A DNA stretch of 64,000 nucleotides from Longimicrobiales bacterium (GTDB lineage Bacteria; Gemmatimonadota; Gemmatimonadetes; Longimicrobiales; Gaopeijiaceae). Below are positions 49,122-60,176 of the stretch, piece by piece; position 1 is the stretch's first letter, and each line of letters begins with the position of its first letter. The stretch lies in the NCBI GenBank assembly GCA_965238005.1, contig OZ250165.1, forward strand, positions 3,584,001-3,648,000. Direction: 5' to 3'. A model generated the notes under the pieces. It had not been told where the DNA came from. It worked only from the letters and a program-made list of their open reading frames with translations, and made no database searches. Both the position numbers and the translations under genes were made by a program.

Positions 49122-49814
49122 ATGAAGACGCCCACGATCTACCGGCTCCGACCCGGGCGCGTGGCGCTGCACCTCGGCCTCATCGCCGGGGTTCTCGCTG
49201 TCGTCCACATCGTCGCCATGCAGATCATCTTCAACGACGATCTGGGGCTGGCGGACCGGTGGGGACTGGAGTACTGGCACCTCTCCATCTTCGATCTGGA
49301 CGAAGAGGCCAGCTTCGGCACCTGGTTTACCGTGGTGATCCTGCTCATCGCCGGCCGTCTGCTATTGGCCCGGGCGAGGGTCCTGCGTGCCGAGGCGGAC
49401 CCGTGGTATCTGTGGTGGCTGATTCTGGGAATCGGCTTCCACATCCTCTCCCTCGACGAGGTCGTGGGAATGCACGAGCTGCTGAACACGATCATGGAGG
49501 ACACGCCCTGGACGGTCGTAGGCTTCTGGATCGTCGGGATCGTGGGCTTGTCGTACCTGCCCTTCCTCTGGCAATACCGGTGGCGGGCTGCGGGCCTGTT
49601 TCTCCTCGCGGGCGCCATCTACGCCGGCGGGGCCGTGGGCGTGGAGCACTTCACCGGCGCTGACGTGAATTCCCTCCACTACAACATGTGGACCACCCTC
49701 GAGGAGGGCATGGAGATGGCCGGCGTCATCGTGTTCATTTACGCGCTGCTGGACTACATGCCTGGAGAGCGGAATGACACGCTTCAGCTGGAGCTGAGTG
49801 CAGCCCACTCATAG
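49122..49814 (+). CDS. Uncharacterised multi-pass membrane protein
   Basis: About 6 TM segments; LDEE..FGTWF, LSLDE..GMHE and LEEGMEMAG. Confidence 0.75.
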   Translation: MKTPTIYRLRPGRVALHLGLIAGVLAVVHIVAMQIIFNDDLGLADRWGLEYWHLSIFDLDEEASFGTWFTVVILLIAGRLLLARARVLRAEADPWYLWWLILGIGFHILSLDEVVGMHELLNTIMEDTPWTVVGFWIVGIVGLSYLPFLWQYRWRAAGLFLLAGAIYAGGAVGVEHFTGADVNSLHYNMWTTLEEGMEMAGVIVFIYALLDYMPGERNDTLQLELSAAHS

Positions 49815-50015
49815 CTCCAGCTCCCACGTCTCCTCCACCATCTCCTGGCCGAAGCTCCCGTGGGGCTCCTGGTACCCCCGCCGAGGAGCGTCACGACGGT
49901 CTCCATGGCGCCGGCCAGGCGCTCCCGATCCCGATCCGAAAGGGTGCCGAGCACGTCGGAGACCATGGTGCGCACCGCCTCATCCAGCTCCGCCCAGGCC
50001 CGCCGCTCGACCGGG
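49809..50015 (-). pseudogene. Remnant of a MarR-GNAT fusion protein
   Basis: MarR C-terminal helix (RRAWAELD..LSDRDRERLAGAM) joined, in another frame, to the GNAT-type terminus EPHGSFGQEMVEETWELEL*. Confidence 0.6.
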
Positions 50016-50219
50016 AAGCCCGTCCGTTTCGCGCTACGCACGTTGGGCGGCCCGGACGACGTGTCGGGTGCCGAGCCGGCGGACCTGACCTGGCTTTCGG
50101 CCGTCCCGGCCGATGTCGTGGATGCGGCTCGATCGACGGACGTTGTCGGCCCCGCGGGGGCGTCTGCCGTGCCGTCCGCGGGTCATCGCCACGCGCGGGA
50201 GCAGCCGAAGCGGACCGCC

Positions 50220-50530
50220 GTTCGTGGACTACTGTGGGCCTTTCTTCCGAGCTCCTGACGCTGGCGCCAGAGGCCGACGAAACCGACACCCTCATGCGAG
50301 CCCTTCGTGAGGGACGGATCGCGGGAGCGGGCCTGGATGTGACCGAGCCCGATCCGCTCCCCGTCGACCACGAGCTCTGGGGCATGCCCAACGTTCTCAT
50401 CACCCGACACCTCGGCGGGGACGGGGACGGTCACATGGAGCGCATGTGGCTCCTGTTCAGAGAAGACCTCCGCCGCTTCGTGAACGGAGAGCCGTTGCTG
50501 TCGGTGGTGGACAAGCGCCGGGGGTATTGA
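50220..50530 (+). pseudogene. C-terminal remnant of a D-2-hydroxyacid dehydrogenase
   Basis: ALREGRIAGAGLDVTEPDPLP..HELW.MPNVLIT.H and VVDKRRGY present; the NAD-binding part is missing. Confidence 0.8.
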
Positions 50531-50536
50531 GTCGGC

Positions 50537-51418
50537 TCAGACGCCGAACTTGCTGAAGTACCCGATCACCAGGGCACCACCGGCCGGCAGATTCCGGCCA
50601 TCCAGCGGCACTCTCCAACCGAGCTCGAACGCTCCCAGCGCGGTCTCGTACCACAGGGATGGCGTTAGCTGAAGGTAGTGGCGCCGGCTGTTGACGATGG
50701 GGATGCCCTCCTGGATGGGCGTGTCTCCGTTCCACCCCTCGGCGACCAGCTTGTATTGGAATCTCCCAACGGCCCCACCCACCTGCGCGAGGAAGAAGAT
50801 CTCCTCTCCCGGATCGATAGCCGCCTTTTCATTGAGCTCCCGCCGCCGATAACCGACCCACCCGTTCACGTACACGGAGCGGGGCCAGAAGGAGTGCCCT
50901 ATCTCGGCCATGATCTCCCAGTCCGTCTGACCTTCGCTGAGGGGGATGATCTCCGCGTCGATGGGGGCCTCGCCGATAGGGATCTTCACGCCACCCCTGA
51001 TGGCGAACGGAAGGCCCACGCCCAGGTACTTCAGCGGAGCCACCCTCAACCAGACGTTGGCGTCACCCAGCCCCTCCGTCGACCGGTCGCCACCGGCGTC
51101 GGAGAAGGACAGGGAGTTGAGCGAGCCCCGAGCCCACAGGTCCCAATTCGGGATCAGGCCCACCGAAGCGGTGACGAATAAGGCTGTGGAAGTGGCGTGG
51201 CCGTCGAAGGGGATGGCGTTCTTGTCGCCGGCTTGGTCATAGCGGTCTCGGGTGTCCTGGCGGTACACTTCGGCGCTGATCCACCCCTTCCCCGGTGCCT
51301 CCACCCACTGGGCATCCAACGCGCCCGGCAGTAGCAGCATCGGTCCAGCAGCAACGGCAGTCCCCAAAAAAAAGAGCGCGGCGCGATTGGATGTAGTCGG
51401 AAGCAGCTGGAAACCCAT
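50537..51418 (-). CDS. Secreted protein, probably an outer-membrane beta-barrel
   Basis: Signal peptide ending LDA-QW, alternating beta-strand pattern, GLGD motif, aromatic C-terminal strand. Confidence 0.6.
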   Translation of the reverse strand: MGFQLLPTTSNRAALFFLGTAVAAGPMLLLPGALDAQWVEAPGKGWISAEVYRQDTRDRYDQAGDKNAIPFDGHATSTALFVTASVGLIPNWDLWARGSLNSLSFSDAGGDRSTEGLGDANVWLRVAPLKYLGVGLPFAIRGGVKIPIGEAPIDAEIIPLSEGQTDWEIMAEIGHSFWPRSVYVNGWVGYRRRELNEKAAIDPGEEIFFLAQVGGAVGRFQYKLVAEGWNGDTPIQEGIPIVNSRRHYLQLTPSLWYETALGAFELGWRVPLDGRNLPAGGALVIGYFSKFGV

Positions 51419-51586
51419 TCATCTCCCCCCAGGGAGGATCCACTCCGGACGGCCCCTCCGTAGAGGTCCGCGCGCGGCCACCCGTATGAATCATGGCGAG
51501 TCGGCAAAGGTTCCGGCAGCGGGGTCCTCATCGGCGATCGCACGAGTGGGTCCGGGCGAGGAACCGCCAGGTACCCGGGGTGTCCG

Positions 51587-53314
51587 ATGGGTTCCATGAG
51601 CACGGTGGAAGCCCTCGTCGATCTGCTCGGAGAGATCGACGGAAGAGGATACAAGGCCTACAAGGCCCTCCGCGGCGTCTGGGCCTTTCCCGACTTCGTT
51701 CTGCACGTGGACCACGTGCAGGGGGACCCCTTCGCCGCGCCGAGCCGGGTACGGGCTCTCCTGCCCGCGGACACCACGGGGCTGGCATCGGTGGCTTGCG
51801 ATACCGCCTCCCGCCGCCTCGGCGTGGCCAGCCTGCTGGCCCGACGTTTTCATCAGGCGGCACTCGCCACCATGAAACCCCGGGGGATCGGCAAGAGCGG
51901 CGTCATCGAGATCGAGAGCCCGGGCCAGGAGGTCGTGGCCCACACGGCTGTGATCGTGGCCGAAGACGGCAGCCTGGAGGCGCGGTTCACGGTAGGCCTC
52001 CCTGCATCCGGCCGCCGGGTGCTGGGCGGGGAGGCGGTGGCCCTCCTCGCGGAGGACGTCCCGGCCGTGGTGAATGCGAGCCTGCGCCAGGAGTCCGTGG
52101 GAGCCGACGAGGTGCTGCGCCACGCCCTCACCAACGAGGACGCCGAGGCGCTGCGCGCCTCCCTCGAGGCCCATGGGTGGGTAGCGTTCGTGGCAGACGG
52201 ATCGTCCCTGCCACGGCGGAGCGGCATCGACGACCGGCCACTCGCGGGAGATGCCGTGCCCTTCACCGCTCCCGCAAGTCTCTCGGCCAGCGTCGAGCTG
52301 CCCAACGCCGGCACGCTGACGGGCATGGCTCTGCCCCGAGGCGTGAGCCTCGTCGTCGGAGGAGGCTATCACGGAAAGAGCACACTGCTCCGCGCCCTCG
52401 AGGGGGGAGTCTACAACCACCGCCCCGGGGATGGTCGCGAGTTCGTGGTATCCGATCCAGGAGCGGTGAAGATCCGAGCCGAGGACGGCCGCTCCGTGTC
52501 GGGGGTGGACATCTCTCCCTTCATCGACGGACTCCCGCAGGGCCAGGACACGCACGCGTTCTCCACCCCCAACGCATCCGGGTCCACCAGCCAGGCCGCC
52601 TCGATCATGGAGGCCCTGGAGGCCGGCGCCACCACGCTGCTCATCGATGAAGACACGGCTGCCACGAACTTCATGATCCGCGATCGCCGCATGCAGGCCC
52701 TCGTTCCCAAGTCGGGAGAGCCCATAACCCCCTTCGTCGACCGGGTGAGAGCGCTGTGGGAGGAGTGGGGTATCAGCTCCGTGATCGTTCTCGGCGGAAG
52801 TGGAGACTATCTGGATGTGGCTGACACGGTGGTGGCCATCAAGGAGTTCCGCCCCCGTGACGTGACCGAGGAGGCTCGCCGCGTCGCCGAGGAACTCCCT
52901 ACCGGACGCCACCCCGAGACCCCGGGCCCCATGGGGCCGTTTCCGTGCCGTGCCCCGGTCCCGGGCTCCGTGGATCCCAGCAGAGGCCGGCGCGAGGTGG
53001 ATCTCAAGGTCGGCGACCGGGAGACCCTCGTGTTCGGGAGGCACGTGATCGATCTTTCGGCCGTATCGCAGCTGGTATCACGAGCGCAGACGAGGGCCGT
53101 GGGACGGGCTCTGGTGCTGGCCCGGGAGAAATTCATGGACGGGCAGCGGTCAGTGGGTGAGATTTCGGACCTGGTTTCGCGTATGATTGAGAATGAGGGT
53201 CTCGACGCTCTGGACGAGCGACGGACCGGCGATCTGGCCGCGTTCCGGCCTTTGGAGTTCGCCGCCGCCCTCAACCGGCTGCGCACCCTGGAAGTGAACG
53301 TGCACACAGGCTGA
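51587..53314 (+). CDS. Predicted ABC-class ATPase (COG3044-like)
   Basis: DHVQGDPFAAPS, GGGYHGKSTLL, IRAEDGR, ASGSTSQAA and LLIDEDTAATNFMIRD. Confidence 0.88.
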   Translation: MGSMSTVEALVDLLGEIDGRGYKAYKALRGVWAFPDFVLHVDHVQGDPFAAPSRVRALLPADTTGLASVACDTASRRLGVASLLARRFHQAALATMKPRGIGKSGVIEIESPGQEVVAHTAVIVAEDGSLEARFTVGLPASGRRVLGGEAVALLAEDVPAVVNASLRQESVGADEVLRHALTNEDAEALRASLEAHGWVAFVADGSSLPRRSGIDDRPLAGDAVPFTAPASLSASVELPNAGTLTGMALPRGVSLVVGGGYHGKSTLLRALEGGVYNHRPGDGREFVVSDPGAVKIRAEDGRSVSGVDISPFIDGLPQGQDTHAFSTPNASGSTSQAASIMEALEAGATTLLIDEDTAATNFMIRDRRMQALVPKSGEPITPFVDRVRALWEEWGISSVIVLGGSGDYLDVADTVVAIKEFRPRDVTEEARRVAEELPTGRHPETPGPMGPFPCRAPVPGSVDPSRGRREVDLKVGDRETLVFGRHVIDLSAVSQLVSRAQTRAVGRALVLAREKFMDGQRSVGEISDLVSRMIENEGLDALDERRTGDLAAFRPLEFAAALNRLRTLEVNVHTG

Positions 53315-53401
53315 CGCAGCCGGCTCGCCCGCTCGTCTGGACCCGTCGCCTTTGTATTCCTGGTGCCCCCACGGGGGGCGCTCATCCGATAAGGAAGAGC
53401 C

Positions 53402-56158
53402 ATGTCTTCGCCTGCCCGCTGTTCCACCCGCAGCCCCCTAACCGCCCTGGCCATCCTCGCCTTGCTGGCGACCGCTCCGCTGATGGCCCAGGAGGTCACT
53501 CGCGTCACCGAGGTCGAGGGGATCACAGAATACGGCCTCGACAACGGCCTGCGCTTCCTCCTTTTCCCCGACGCCAGCAAGCCCAGCGCGACCGTTAACA
53601 TCACGTACTACGTAGGGTCGCGACACGAGGCGTACGGCGAGACCGGGATGGCACACCTCCTCGAGCACCTGGTGTTCCAGGGGACGCCCGACCATCCGGA
53701 CATCACGGAGGAGCTCACGGAGCGGGGGACCCGCCCGAACGGCACCACCTCCTACGACCGCACCAACTACTTCGAAACCTTCCCCGCCACGGAGGACAAC
53801 CTGGAGTGGGCCCTCGACTTCGAAGCCGACCGCATGGTCAACTCCTTCATCGCCGCCGAGGATCTCGACTCGGAGATGACGGTGGTCAGGAACGAGATGG
53901 AGTCGGGAGAGAACAGCCCCTTCCGTATCCTCATGCAGCGCACCCTCTCCACCGCCTATCTGTGGCACAACTACGGGAAGTCGATTATCGGCGCCCGCTC
54001 CGACGTGGAGAGCGTGCATATCGACCGGCTCCAGGCCTTCTACAGAAAGTACTACCAGCCCGACAACGCCTTGCTGATCGTGACGGGGAAATTCGATGAG
54101 GAGCGGGCCATAGAGCTCATCGTCGAGACGTTCGGGCAGATCCCCAAGCCGGATCGTTCCGGAGCCAACACGCTCTGGGAGACATACACCCGTGAGCCCG
54201 TGCAGGACGGGGAGCGCATGGTCACGCTCAGGCGCGTCGGAGACGTCCAGGTGGTCATGATGTCGTACCACGTCCCTCCGGGGTCCCATGCCGATTACGC
54301 GGCAGTGGACCTCCTGGCGCAGGTAATGGGGGACCAGCCGTCCGGCCGGCTCTACAAGGCTCTGGTGGAGCCTGGGCTCGCCGCGTCCACGGGAGCCTTC
54401 GCCTACCAGCTTCGGGAGGCCGGACCCCTGCTCGCCTTCGCCCAGGTTCGTGCCGAGGACGATCTCCAGGCGACCTGGACGGCCATGGACGAGGCCCTCG
54501 AGGGGGTGATTCGCGATCCGGTCACGGGCGAGGAGGTCGAGCGGGCCAAGGCCGCTTTGCTCAAGAGTGTGGAGCAGGTCTTCAACAACCCGGAGCGCAT
54601 CGCCCTGCAGCTCAGCGAATGGGCCTCCATGGGCGACTGGCGTCTCTTCTTCGTGCACCGAGACAGGATCGAGACGGTGGAGCCCGCCGACGTGCAGCGA
54701 GTGGCCGCCGAATACCTCAAGCCCGACAACCGAACCGTGGGGCTCTTCTACCCGACCGAGGAGCCGGATCGCGCCGAGATTCCCGAGCTCCCTGACATCG
54801 CGACGGAGCTGGAGGGATACACCGGTCGAGAGGCCGTGGCCGCAGGCGAGGAGTTCGATCCGTCGCCGGCGAACATCGAGGACCGGACCGCCCGGTACAC
54901 GCTGGCCAACGGGATGAAGGTCGCACTTCTCCCCAAGTCGACCCGCGGCGAGACCGTGGTAGGCCGCTTTCGCGTGATCCTGGGTGACGAGGAGGCCCTC
55001 ACGGGGCGTGCCACCGCCGGGAGCATGGCCGGTGCCATGCTGATGCGGGGCTCCAGCGGACACACGCGTCAAGAGATCCAGGACGAGCTCGATCGGCTGA
55101 AGGCCTCGGGGTCCGTCTCGGGAAGCGTGACTCAGGCCTCCGGTCAGGTCCAGACGACCCGCGAGCACCTGCCGGCGGTGCTGCGACTCCTGTCGGAGAT
55201 CATCCGGGAGCCGACCTTCCCCGCCGACGAGTTCGAGACGCTCAAGGAGCAGCGCCTCTCGGGCCTCGAGCAGCAACGCTCAGACCCCAACGCCCAGGCG
55301 CAGATCGCCATCGGCAGACACATGAATCCGGTGCCCCCGGGCCACCCGAGCTACACGGAGACTGTGGAAGAAGCCGTCGCCGCAATGGAGGCCGTCACCC
55401 TGGAGGACGCCAGAGCCTTCTACAACGACTTCTACGGCCCCCAGCTGGGGACGCTGGCGCTCGTCGGCGATTTCGACGAGGTCGAGATGCGAGCGGTCAT
55501 CGAAGAGGCCTTCGGGGACTGGAAGAGCCCGCACGCGGCCACGCGGGTGGCCACCGAGTTCTACGACCCACCGGCCGAGCACCTCCAGATCGAGACCCCG
55601 GACAAGGCGAACGCCATCTTCATCGCTCAGCAGACCCTGGCCCTCCGGGACGACAACCCCGACTACGCGGCCCTGTTGCTGGGGGGCTACATGATCGGGG
55701 GCGGTGTGATGAACTCGCGACTGGCGAAGCGCATCCGCCAAGAGGATGGGCTCAGCTACGTCGTGGGTGGCAACATCAGCGGTCATCCCATCGACGAATC
55801 GGGCGCGTTCATGGCGTTCGCCATCTACGCACCGGAGAACGCGGAGAAGCTGGAGGCCGCGTTCCGCGAAGAGATCCAGAAGGTCCTCGACGAGGGGTTC
55901 CCCGCCGACGAGTTGGAGATCGCGAAGCAGGGATACCTACAGTCGCGCCAGCTGAGCCGAGCCCAGGACCCGTCCCTGGTGAGCGCCCTCACACAAGGCC
56001 TGTACTTCGACCGTACCCTCATGTGGGACGCCGAGCTGGAGGAGCGTATTCAGGCTCTCACGGTCGAGGAGATCAACTCTGCCGTGCGTCGATACCTGGA
56101 CTTGAGTAAGATGACCACCGTGAAGGCGGGCGACTTCGAGGGCGCCAAGCGAAGGTGA
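53402..56158 (+). CDS. Secreted M16 (pitrilysin/insulinase-like) zinc peptidase
   Basis: Inverted zinc motif HLLEH, NGTTSYDRTNY, VVRNE, two-lobed repeat (LDNGL/LANGM), signal peptide. Confidence 0.93.
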   Translation: MSSPARCSTRSPLTALAILALLATAPLMAQEVTRVTEVEGITEYGLDNGLRFLLFPDASKPSATVNITYYVGSRHEAYGETGMAHLLEHLVFQGTPDHPDITEELTERGTRPNGTTSYDRTNYFETFPATEDNLEWALDFEADRMVNSFIAAEDLDSEMTVVRNEMESGENSPFRILMQRTLSTAYLWHNYGKSIIGARSDVESVHIDRLQAFYRKYYQPDNALLIVTGKFDEERAIELIVETFGQIPKPDRSGANTLWETYTREPVQDGERMVTLRRVGDVQVVMMSYHVPPGSHADYAAVDLLAQVMGDQPSGRLYKALVEPGLAASTGAFAYQLREAGPLLAFAQVRAEDDLQATWTAMDEALEGVIRDPVTGEEVERAKAALLKSVEQVFNNPERIALQLSEWASMGDWRLFFVHRDRIETVEPADVQRVAAEYLKPDNRTVGLFYPTEEPDRAEIPELPDIATELEGYTGREAVAAGEEFDPSPANIEDRTARYTLANGMKVALLPKSTRGETVVGRFRVILGDEEALTGRATAGSMAGAMLMRGSSGHTRQEIQDELDRLKASGSVSGSVTQASGQVQTTREHLPAVLRLLSEIIREPTFPADEFETLKEQRLSGLEQQRSDPNAQAQIAIGRHMNPVPPGHPSYTETVEEAVAAMEAVTLEDARAFYNDFYGPQLGTLALVGDFDEVEMRAVIEEAFGDWKSPHAATRVATEFYDPPAEHLQIETPDKANAIFIAQQTLALRDDNPDYAALLLGGYMIGGGVMNSRLAKRIRQEDGLSYVVGGNISGHPIDESGAFMAFAIYAPENAEKLEAAFREEIQKVLDEGFPADELEIAKQGYLQSRQLSRAQDPSLVSALTQGLYFDRTLMWDAELEERIQALTVEEINSAVRRYLDLSKMTTVKAGDFEGAKRR

Positions 56159-56162
56159 TCCC

Positions 56163-56381
56163 CTAGTTGGAGCTCTCTTCGTCGGAGTATCCACCCTCGG
56201 AGAGGAGCTCTCTTAGGCGGCCCTCGCGCTCCGGCAAGTGCGTCTTCGAGATAGCCCTGGCGAGGACGATGCGGTCTTCATCCGAGACCTTGTCCAACAT
56301 GTTGATTGGGGCGCCGTAGCGCAGGAGGATGCGCTTGGCATCAACGACCACCGAATCGGTAACGACTACTGAATCGGTCAC
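56163..56381 (-). CDS. Small hypothetical protein (72 aa)
   Basis: GGAGG RBS before GTG, helical composition, duplicated TDSVVV at the N-terminus. Confidence 0.6.
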   Translation of the reverse strand: MTDSVVVTDSVVVDAKRILLRYGAPINMLDKVSDEDRIVLARAISKTHLPEREGRLRELLSEGGYSDEESSN

Positions 56382-56470
56382 TTACCCTCCCCGGATCAAC
56401 CGTGGACCGTAGACGTGAAATCGGCTAAATGTAGTTTCTTCTACCACCTAAGCCAACGGATGCCTCACGC

Positions 56471-57754
56471 GTGACCCCGCTGGTCCGATACTCGGGCGCC
56501 GTCCTCGTTCCAGTGGCCATCGGCGTATTGACCGGTCTCTGGGTGACTGCCTCGGCCTTCGAACGGCTGCGGAGGGAGGCCGATCTTCGCATAGCGGCCT
56601 CGGCTACGGACCTCATCCAGCAGGAGATGGGCGCAGCACGCGACGCCCTGCTGGAGGAGGCGGAGGCCGTCCAGCCGACTCCTCCCTACGCACGGGCGGT
56701 CGAGGCGGCCCTGCGCGGCGACACGGTGCTGGCTCTCGGTAGCTCGGAAGAGAGCCTCGAGCTCACCGTGGCGTACGGCGAGGGACCCCTGGTCCGGGTT
56801 GCGACGGGCCCGTTCCGGCCCACGGTGCTCGAGCTGCTTCCGAGCATCGCCGGGTACCGGCTTGCACTCTACCTGCGCGGCAGGCGCACGGTGACGACGG
56901 TGCCGACGTTCAGTCCCGAAGTGCTGCACCCGGAGGTCCTCTTTGCGCTGGCCCGTCAAGCCGAGGGGATGGCTCTGGAGTCGGACGGGGTCGCCGGTGC
57001 TTTGCGGGCCTTCCAAACCATCCCGGGTCGTCCGTCGGACGTTGCAGTGCTGGCGGCAGCCGAGGACGACACGAGCATCGAGGCCGCTGGCATGACCGCC
57101 CCCGTCACGGTTTTGATGGTGGTCCTGTTGTTGTCCGGCTTCGCCGCCTGGACCACCTACAACCCCCGTCGGCCGTCGGTTCCTGTGGCGGGGCCGGTCG
57201 AGCAATCGACCCTCCAGTGGTCGCTGGTGGTGCTGGTGCCCGTGATCGCGGGTGTGGCCATCGTACTTTCGCTGGATCGGGATTACCGGCGGAGTGCCGC
57301 CGCGAGCATGCGGGACCAGCTGAATCGGGCGATCATCCTGGTCAAGCAGGTCGATCGGATCAGCTCCGTCTCAGCCGCGGGAGCCATTACCGGATTCGAT
57401 GCGGCCCGGCTTCGGGCCGGTGGAGTCGAGGCGGCGACACGGGACGATGTCGAGCTGATCAGCGCACTCGAGGAGCTACGTCCCCCTCCCCCGAGCTTCA
57501 CGTCGTCCGGTGTCATGGACGTCGACGGCGACACCCGATTCTACTCGGCGGCGCGGACCCCCGGCGGTGCCACTCTGGTCTTGATCGGACCCACGATGAC
57601 CAGGCGGTTGCGAGATGTCCGCCGGAGTCTTGGCCTCGGGGGCCTGCTGATCGTCCTGCCGCCGCTGCTGTTCCTCTGGCTGTCAGAGCGTCCCGGCTCG
57701 GAGTCGGCCTCCGAAGGGCCTGATGACGAGCCTCCTACCGGAGACCGAGCCTGA
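56471..57754 (+). CDS. Hypothetical membrane protein with two extracytoplasmic domains
   Basis: Four hydrophobic segments bracketing two soluble regions; no catalytic motif recognised. Confidence 0.6.
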   Translation: MTPLVRYSGAVLVPVAIGVLTGLWVTASAFERLRREADLRIAASATDLIQQEMGAARDALLEEAEAVQPTPPYARAVEAALRGDTVLALGSSEESLELTVAYGEGPLVRVATGPFRPTVLELLPSIAGYRLALYLRGRRTVTTVPTFSPEVLHPEVLFALARQAEGMALESDGVAGALRAFQTIPGRPSDVAVLAAAEDDTSIEAAGMTAPVTVLMVVLLLSGFAAWTTYNPRRPSVPVAGPVEQSTLQWSLVVLVPVIAGVAIVLSLDRDYRRSAAASMRDQLNRAIILVKQVDRISSVSAAGAITGFDAARLRAGGVEAATRDDVELISALEELRPPPPSFTSSGVMDVDGDTRFYSAARTPGGATLVLIGPTMTRRLRDVRRSLGLGGLLIVLPPLLFLWLSERPGSESASEGPDDEPPTGDRA

Positions 57755-58017
57755 CCGGTCAGACGCTCGAGCTCGTCCGGCACGCCGGGCCGACGACCAC
57801 CCTTGCCTCTGTCTCTCGGTCGTGGACTCAGGTGATGTGCGAACTAGGAGGGGGGTGAACCGGATCGCCGTTAGTTCTTCCACAGGGTGAGATGCCGTAT
57901 GCCGGGAAAGGGTTGCCGGGGGACATGGCTACATGTCAGCGTGGCCGTGGGCGGCCTGATGACGATGGGCGTCGGAAGCTGGTTCCTGGGGCTGTGAGCC
58001 GGCCCGGCGCGGGCGGG

Positions 58018-58145
58018 TTAGTTCTGTTGCTCACGCCAGAGCCAGACGGCGAGGCCACCGGGCCCTATAACGGCGAGTACGCTGGCCCACAGCGGCACCT
58101 CGAAGCCGCCGACCGTGAGGTCTACCCGGAAGAGCAGGCGCAGCG
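58018..58145 (-). pseudogene. C-terminal remnant of a small membrane protein
   Basis: LRLLFRVDLTVGGFEVPLWASVLAVIGPGGLAVWLWREQQN* with no in-frame start. Confidence 0.45.
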
Positions 58146-58152
58146 CGGCAGC

Positions 58153-58657
58153 TCACTTCTCTGCGAGGCTGGCGTAGAGTCGCTTGACCATCTGGATCTG
58201 GCCGGCGTGATATGTGTCGTGCAGGACGATCCCCATGAGTAGATCGGCGTACGTGTATTCGCTCTGTCCGCCCGACAGCTCGTCCAGGCGCGACGGGTCG
58301 AAGTCTCGCATCGCCTCGAGGAGCAGAGTGTGATACTCGCGCACCGGGGCCCGGTCCTCCTTCCAAGAGCTCGCCGTGATCTCCTTGGGCGGAGCCGGCC
58401 AGTTGGAGGGTGAGCGGGGGAATCCGCCGTGGGCCCCTCCCGTGATCCTGCGCCGGATCGCGTAGTTCCAGTAGGCGACATGCAAGGAGATCCCAGATGC
58501 TGTGCCGGTCGGGCGCCGGTTTCCACGCCGCCTCTTCCGGTTTCACTCCCCGGAATGCCCCGAGCACGCTGGCGCCACCGTGCCACAGCTTCGTGCCCGC
58601 CGGTGGGTCGAAGAGCCCGAGCGTCATCTCGAGCCTGCGGTCTTCCAGGTGCGCCAT
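58153..58657 (-). pseudogene. DinB-family protein, frameshifted near 58487
   Basis: WHGG..AAWKPAPDRHSIWDL in one frame; HVAYW..GIVLHDTYHAGQI in another. Confidence 0.82.
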
Positions 58658-58934
58658 CACTCTACTCGTCGCTCCCATACCTGGCCACGAGCCTGCGAAC
58701 CGTCTTCATGTTCCGCATGGTGCTCGGCACCCTCCCTGTCGCCTTCGCCAGACCCGCCCCGAACAACTCGTTGTTGATGGTGTTGCCGTCTTCAGAGAGC
58801 ACGTCACCCGATAGACCCTTCCGTCTCTCTTGTTCGAGATCCTCGTCGTCCGGTCATCGACGATCTCGACCGCCGTCTCGGCTCCCTCTTGGCCTTTCTT
58901 TCGGTGCAGTCGGTCAGCGTTATCACCGAACACC

Positions 58935-60077
58935 TCAGTGCACGGTGAACTTCTGTACACGCCGGCCCGTGGACGCTTCTCCCACGTAGAGGTTTCCCCG
59001 TGAGTCGACGCTCATGCCGTGGGGCCGCAGGAACTGGCCTACCTGTCGGCCACCCCGGCCGAACTCCCCCACCACCTCCAAGCCTGCGCGCTGGAGTATC
59101 CAAACCTTATGGTTCGTCCCATCTGCCAGATACAGCCACTTCTGCTCCGGATCGGGTGACAGCCCGACCACGAAGGCCGACCCGGAGGCGCGCGTGAGCG
59201 GAGCGATGATCCTTTCCGCCACGAACGTCCCGTCGTGTTCGAACACCTGGATGCGGTTCCCTCTTCGGTCTGCGACGTAGATCAGTCCGTCGCTCGATCC
59301 GATGACACCATGGACCGTCGAGAACGCGCGGGGGGGTGGTCCCGCCGGATCGCGGTCACCGAAGTCGTAGTCGTCGTCCGGGGGCTCCCCGTAGGCACCC
59401 CAGTGCCGAAGGTAGTTCCCGGTGTCGCCTTCGTAGACGATCACCCGGCGATTCCGGTAGCCGTCAGCGATGTACACCTCGTTCGTCTCCGGGTCCACCC
59501 AGATTCCCGCTGGTCCACCGAGGAGATTGGGGTCGTCGCTCCCCCCGTTCACGTCGTATTCACCGAGGGTCATCACCAGTTCACCATCGCGCGTGAACTT
59601 CATGACCCGGTGATGTCGGAAGGTGCCGATCCAGACGTAGTCGTTGTGATCGATGAAGAGCCCGTGAGGGTTCCGGGGGTACTCCGATACGTCCTGTGTG
59701 GCCGCGTCCCCCCATCCCTGAACCACGTTTCCTTCGGAGTCGAACTCGATCACGTGGGGTGCGGGCACGCAGCACGTCCCGAGAGGCGGATCTTGCACGG
59801 CCGACGCTTCCTCGGGCGTCAATGTCTCCGGTTGGTGTGTCACCCAGACGTGGTCGGACGCATCGACGAAGACCGACGTCACGGATCCCATGATCCACTT
59901 GTTGGGCATCTCCTTGGGCCAGGAGGGGTCGACCTCGAACCGTGGCGTGCCACCATCGGCTGCGGTGGCCGCGCCACCCGCATCTCCGGACCCCGGCTCA
60001 CACGCAACGAATACGATCGAAAACGTCACAAGCAACGCGAGCGTGAGGCTTAGACGGGATTCAACGACTCTCTTCAT
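58935..60077 (-). CDS. NHL-repeat beta-propeller lipoprotein (PAL-like family)
   Basis: Lipobox FVAC, FEVDPSWP, PHGLFID, IADGYRNRRV, VADRRGNRIQVF and PHGMSVDSRGNLYVGE. Confidence 0.85.
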   Translation of the reverse strand: MKRVVESRLSLTLALLVTFSIVFVACEPGSGDAGGAATAADGGTPRFEVDPSWPKEMPNKWIMGSVTSVFVDASDHVWVTHQPETLTPEEASAVQDPPLGTCCVPAPHVIEFDSEGNVVQGWGDAATQDVSEYPRNPHGLFIDHNDYVWIGTFRHHRVMKFTRDGELVMTLGEYDVNGGSDDPNLLGGPAGIWVDPETNEVYIADGYRNRRVIVYEGDTGNYLRHWGAYGEPPDDDYDFGDRDPAGPPPRAFSTVHGVIGSSDGLIYVADRRGNRIQVFEHDGTFVAERIIAPLTRASGSAFVVGLSPDPEQKWLYLADGTNHKVWILQRAGLEVVGEFGRGGRQVGQFLRPHGMSVDSRGNLYVGEASTGRRVQKFTVH

Positions 60078-60176
60078 GATTCCTCCAACGTTTCCGCGCC
60101 GTGGCGCGACATGAACGGGCGACTCGAGGCCAGACTGAGGGGTCGGCCTTCGAATCGGAGGGCTCAACCACCGGCC

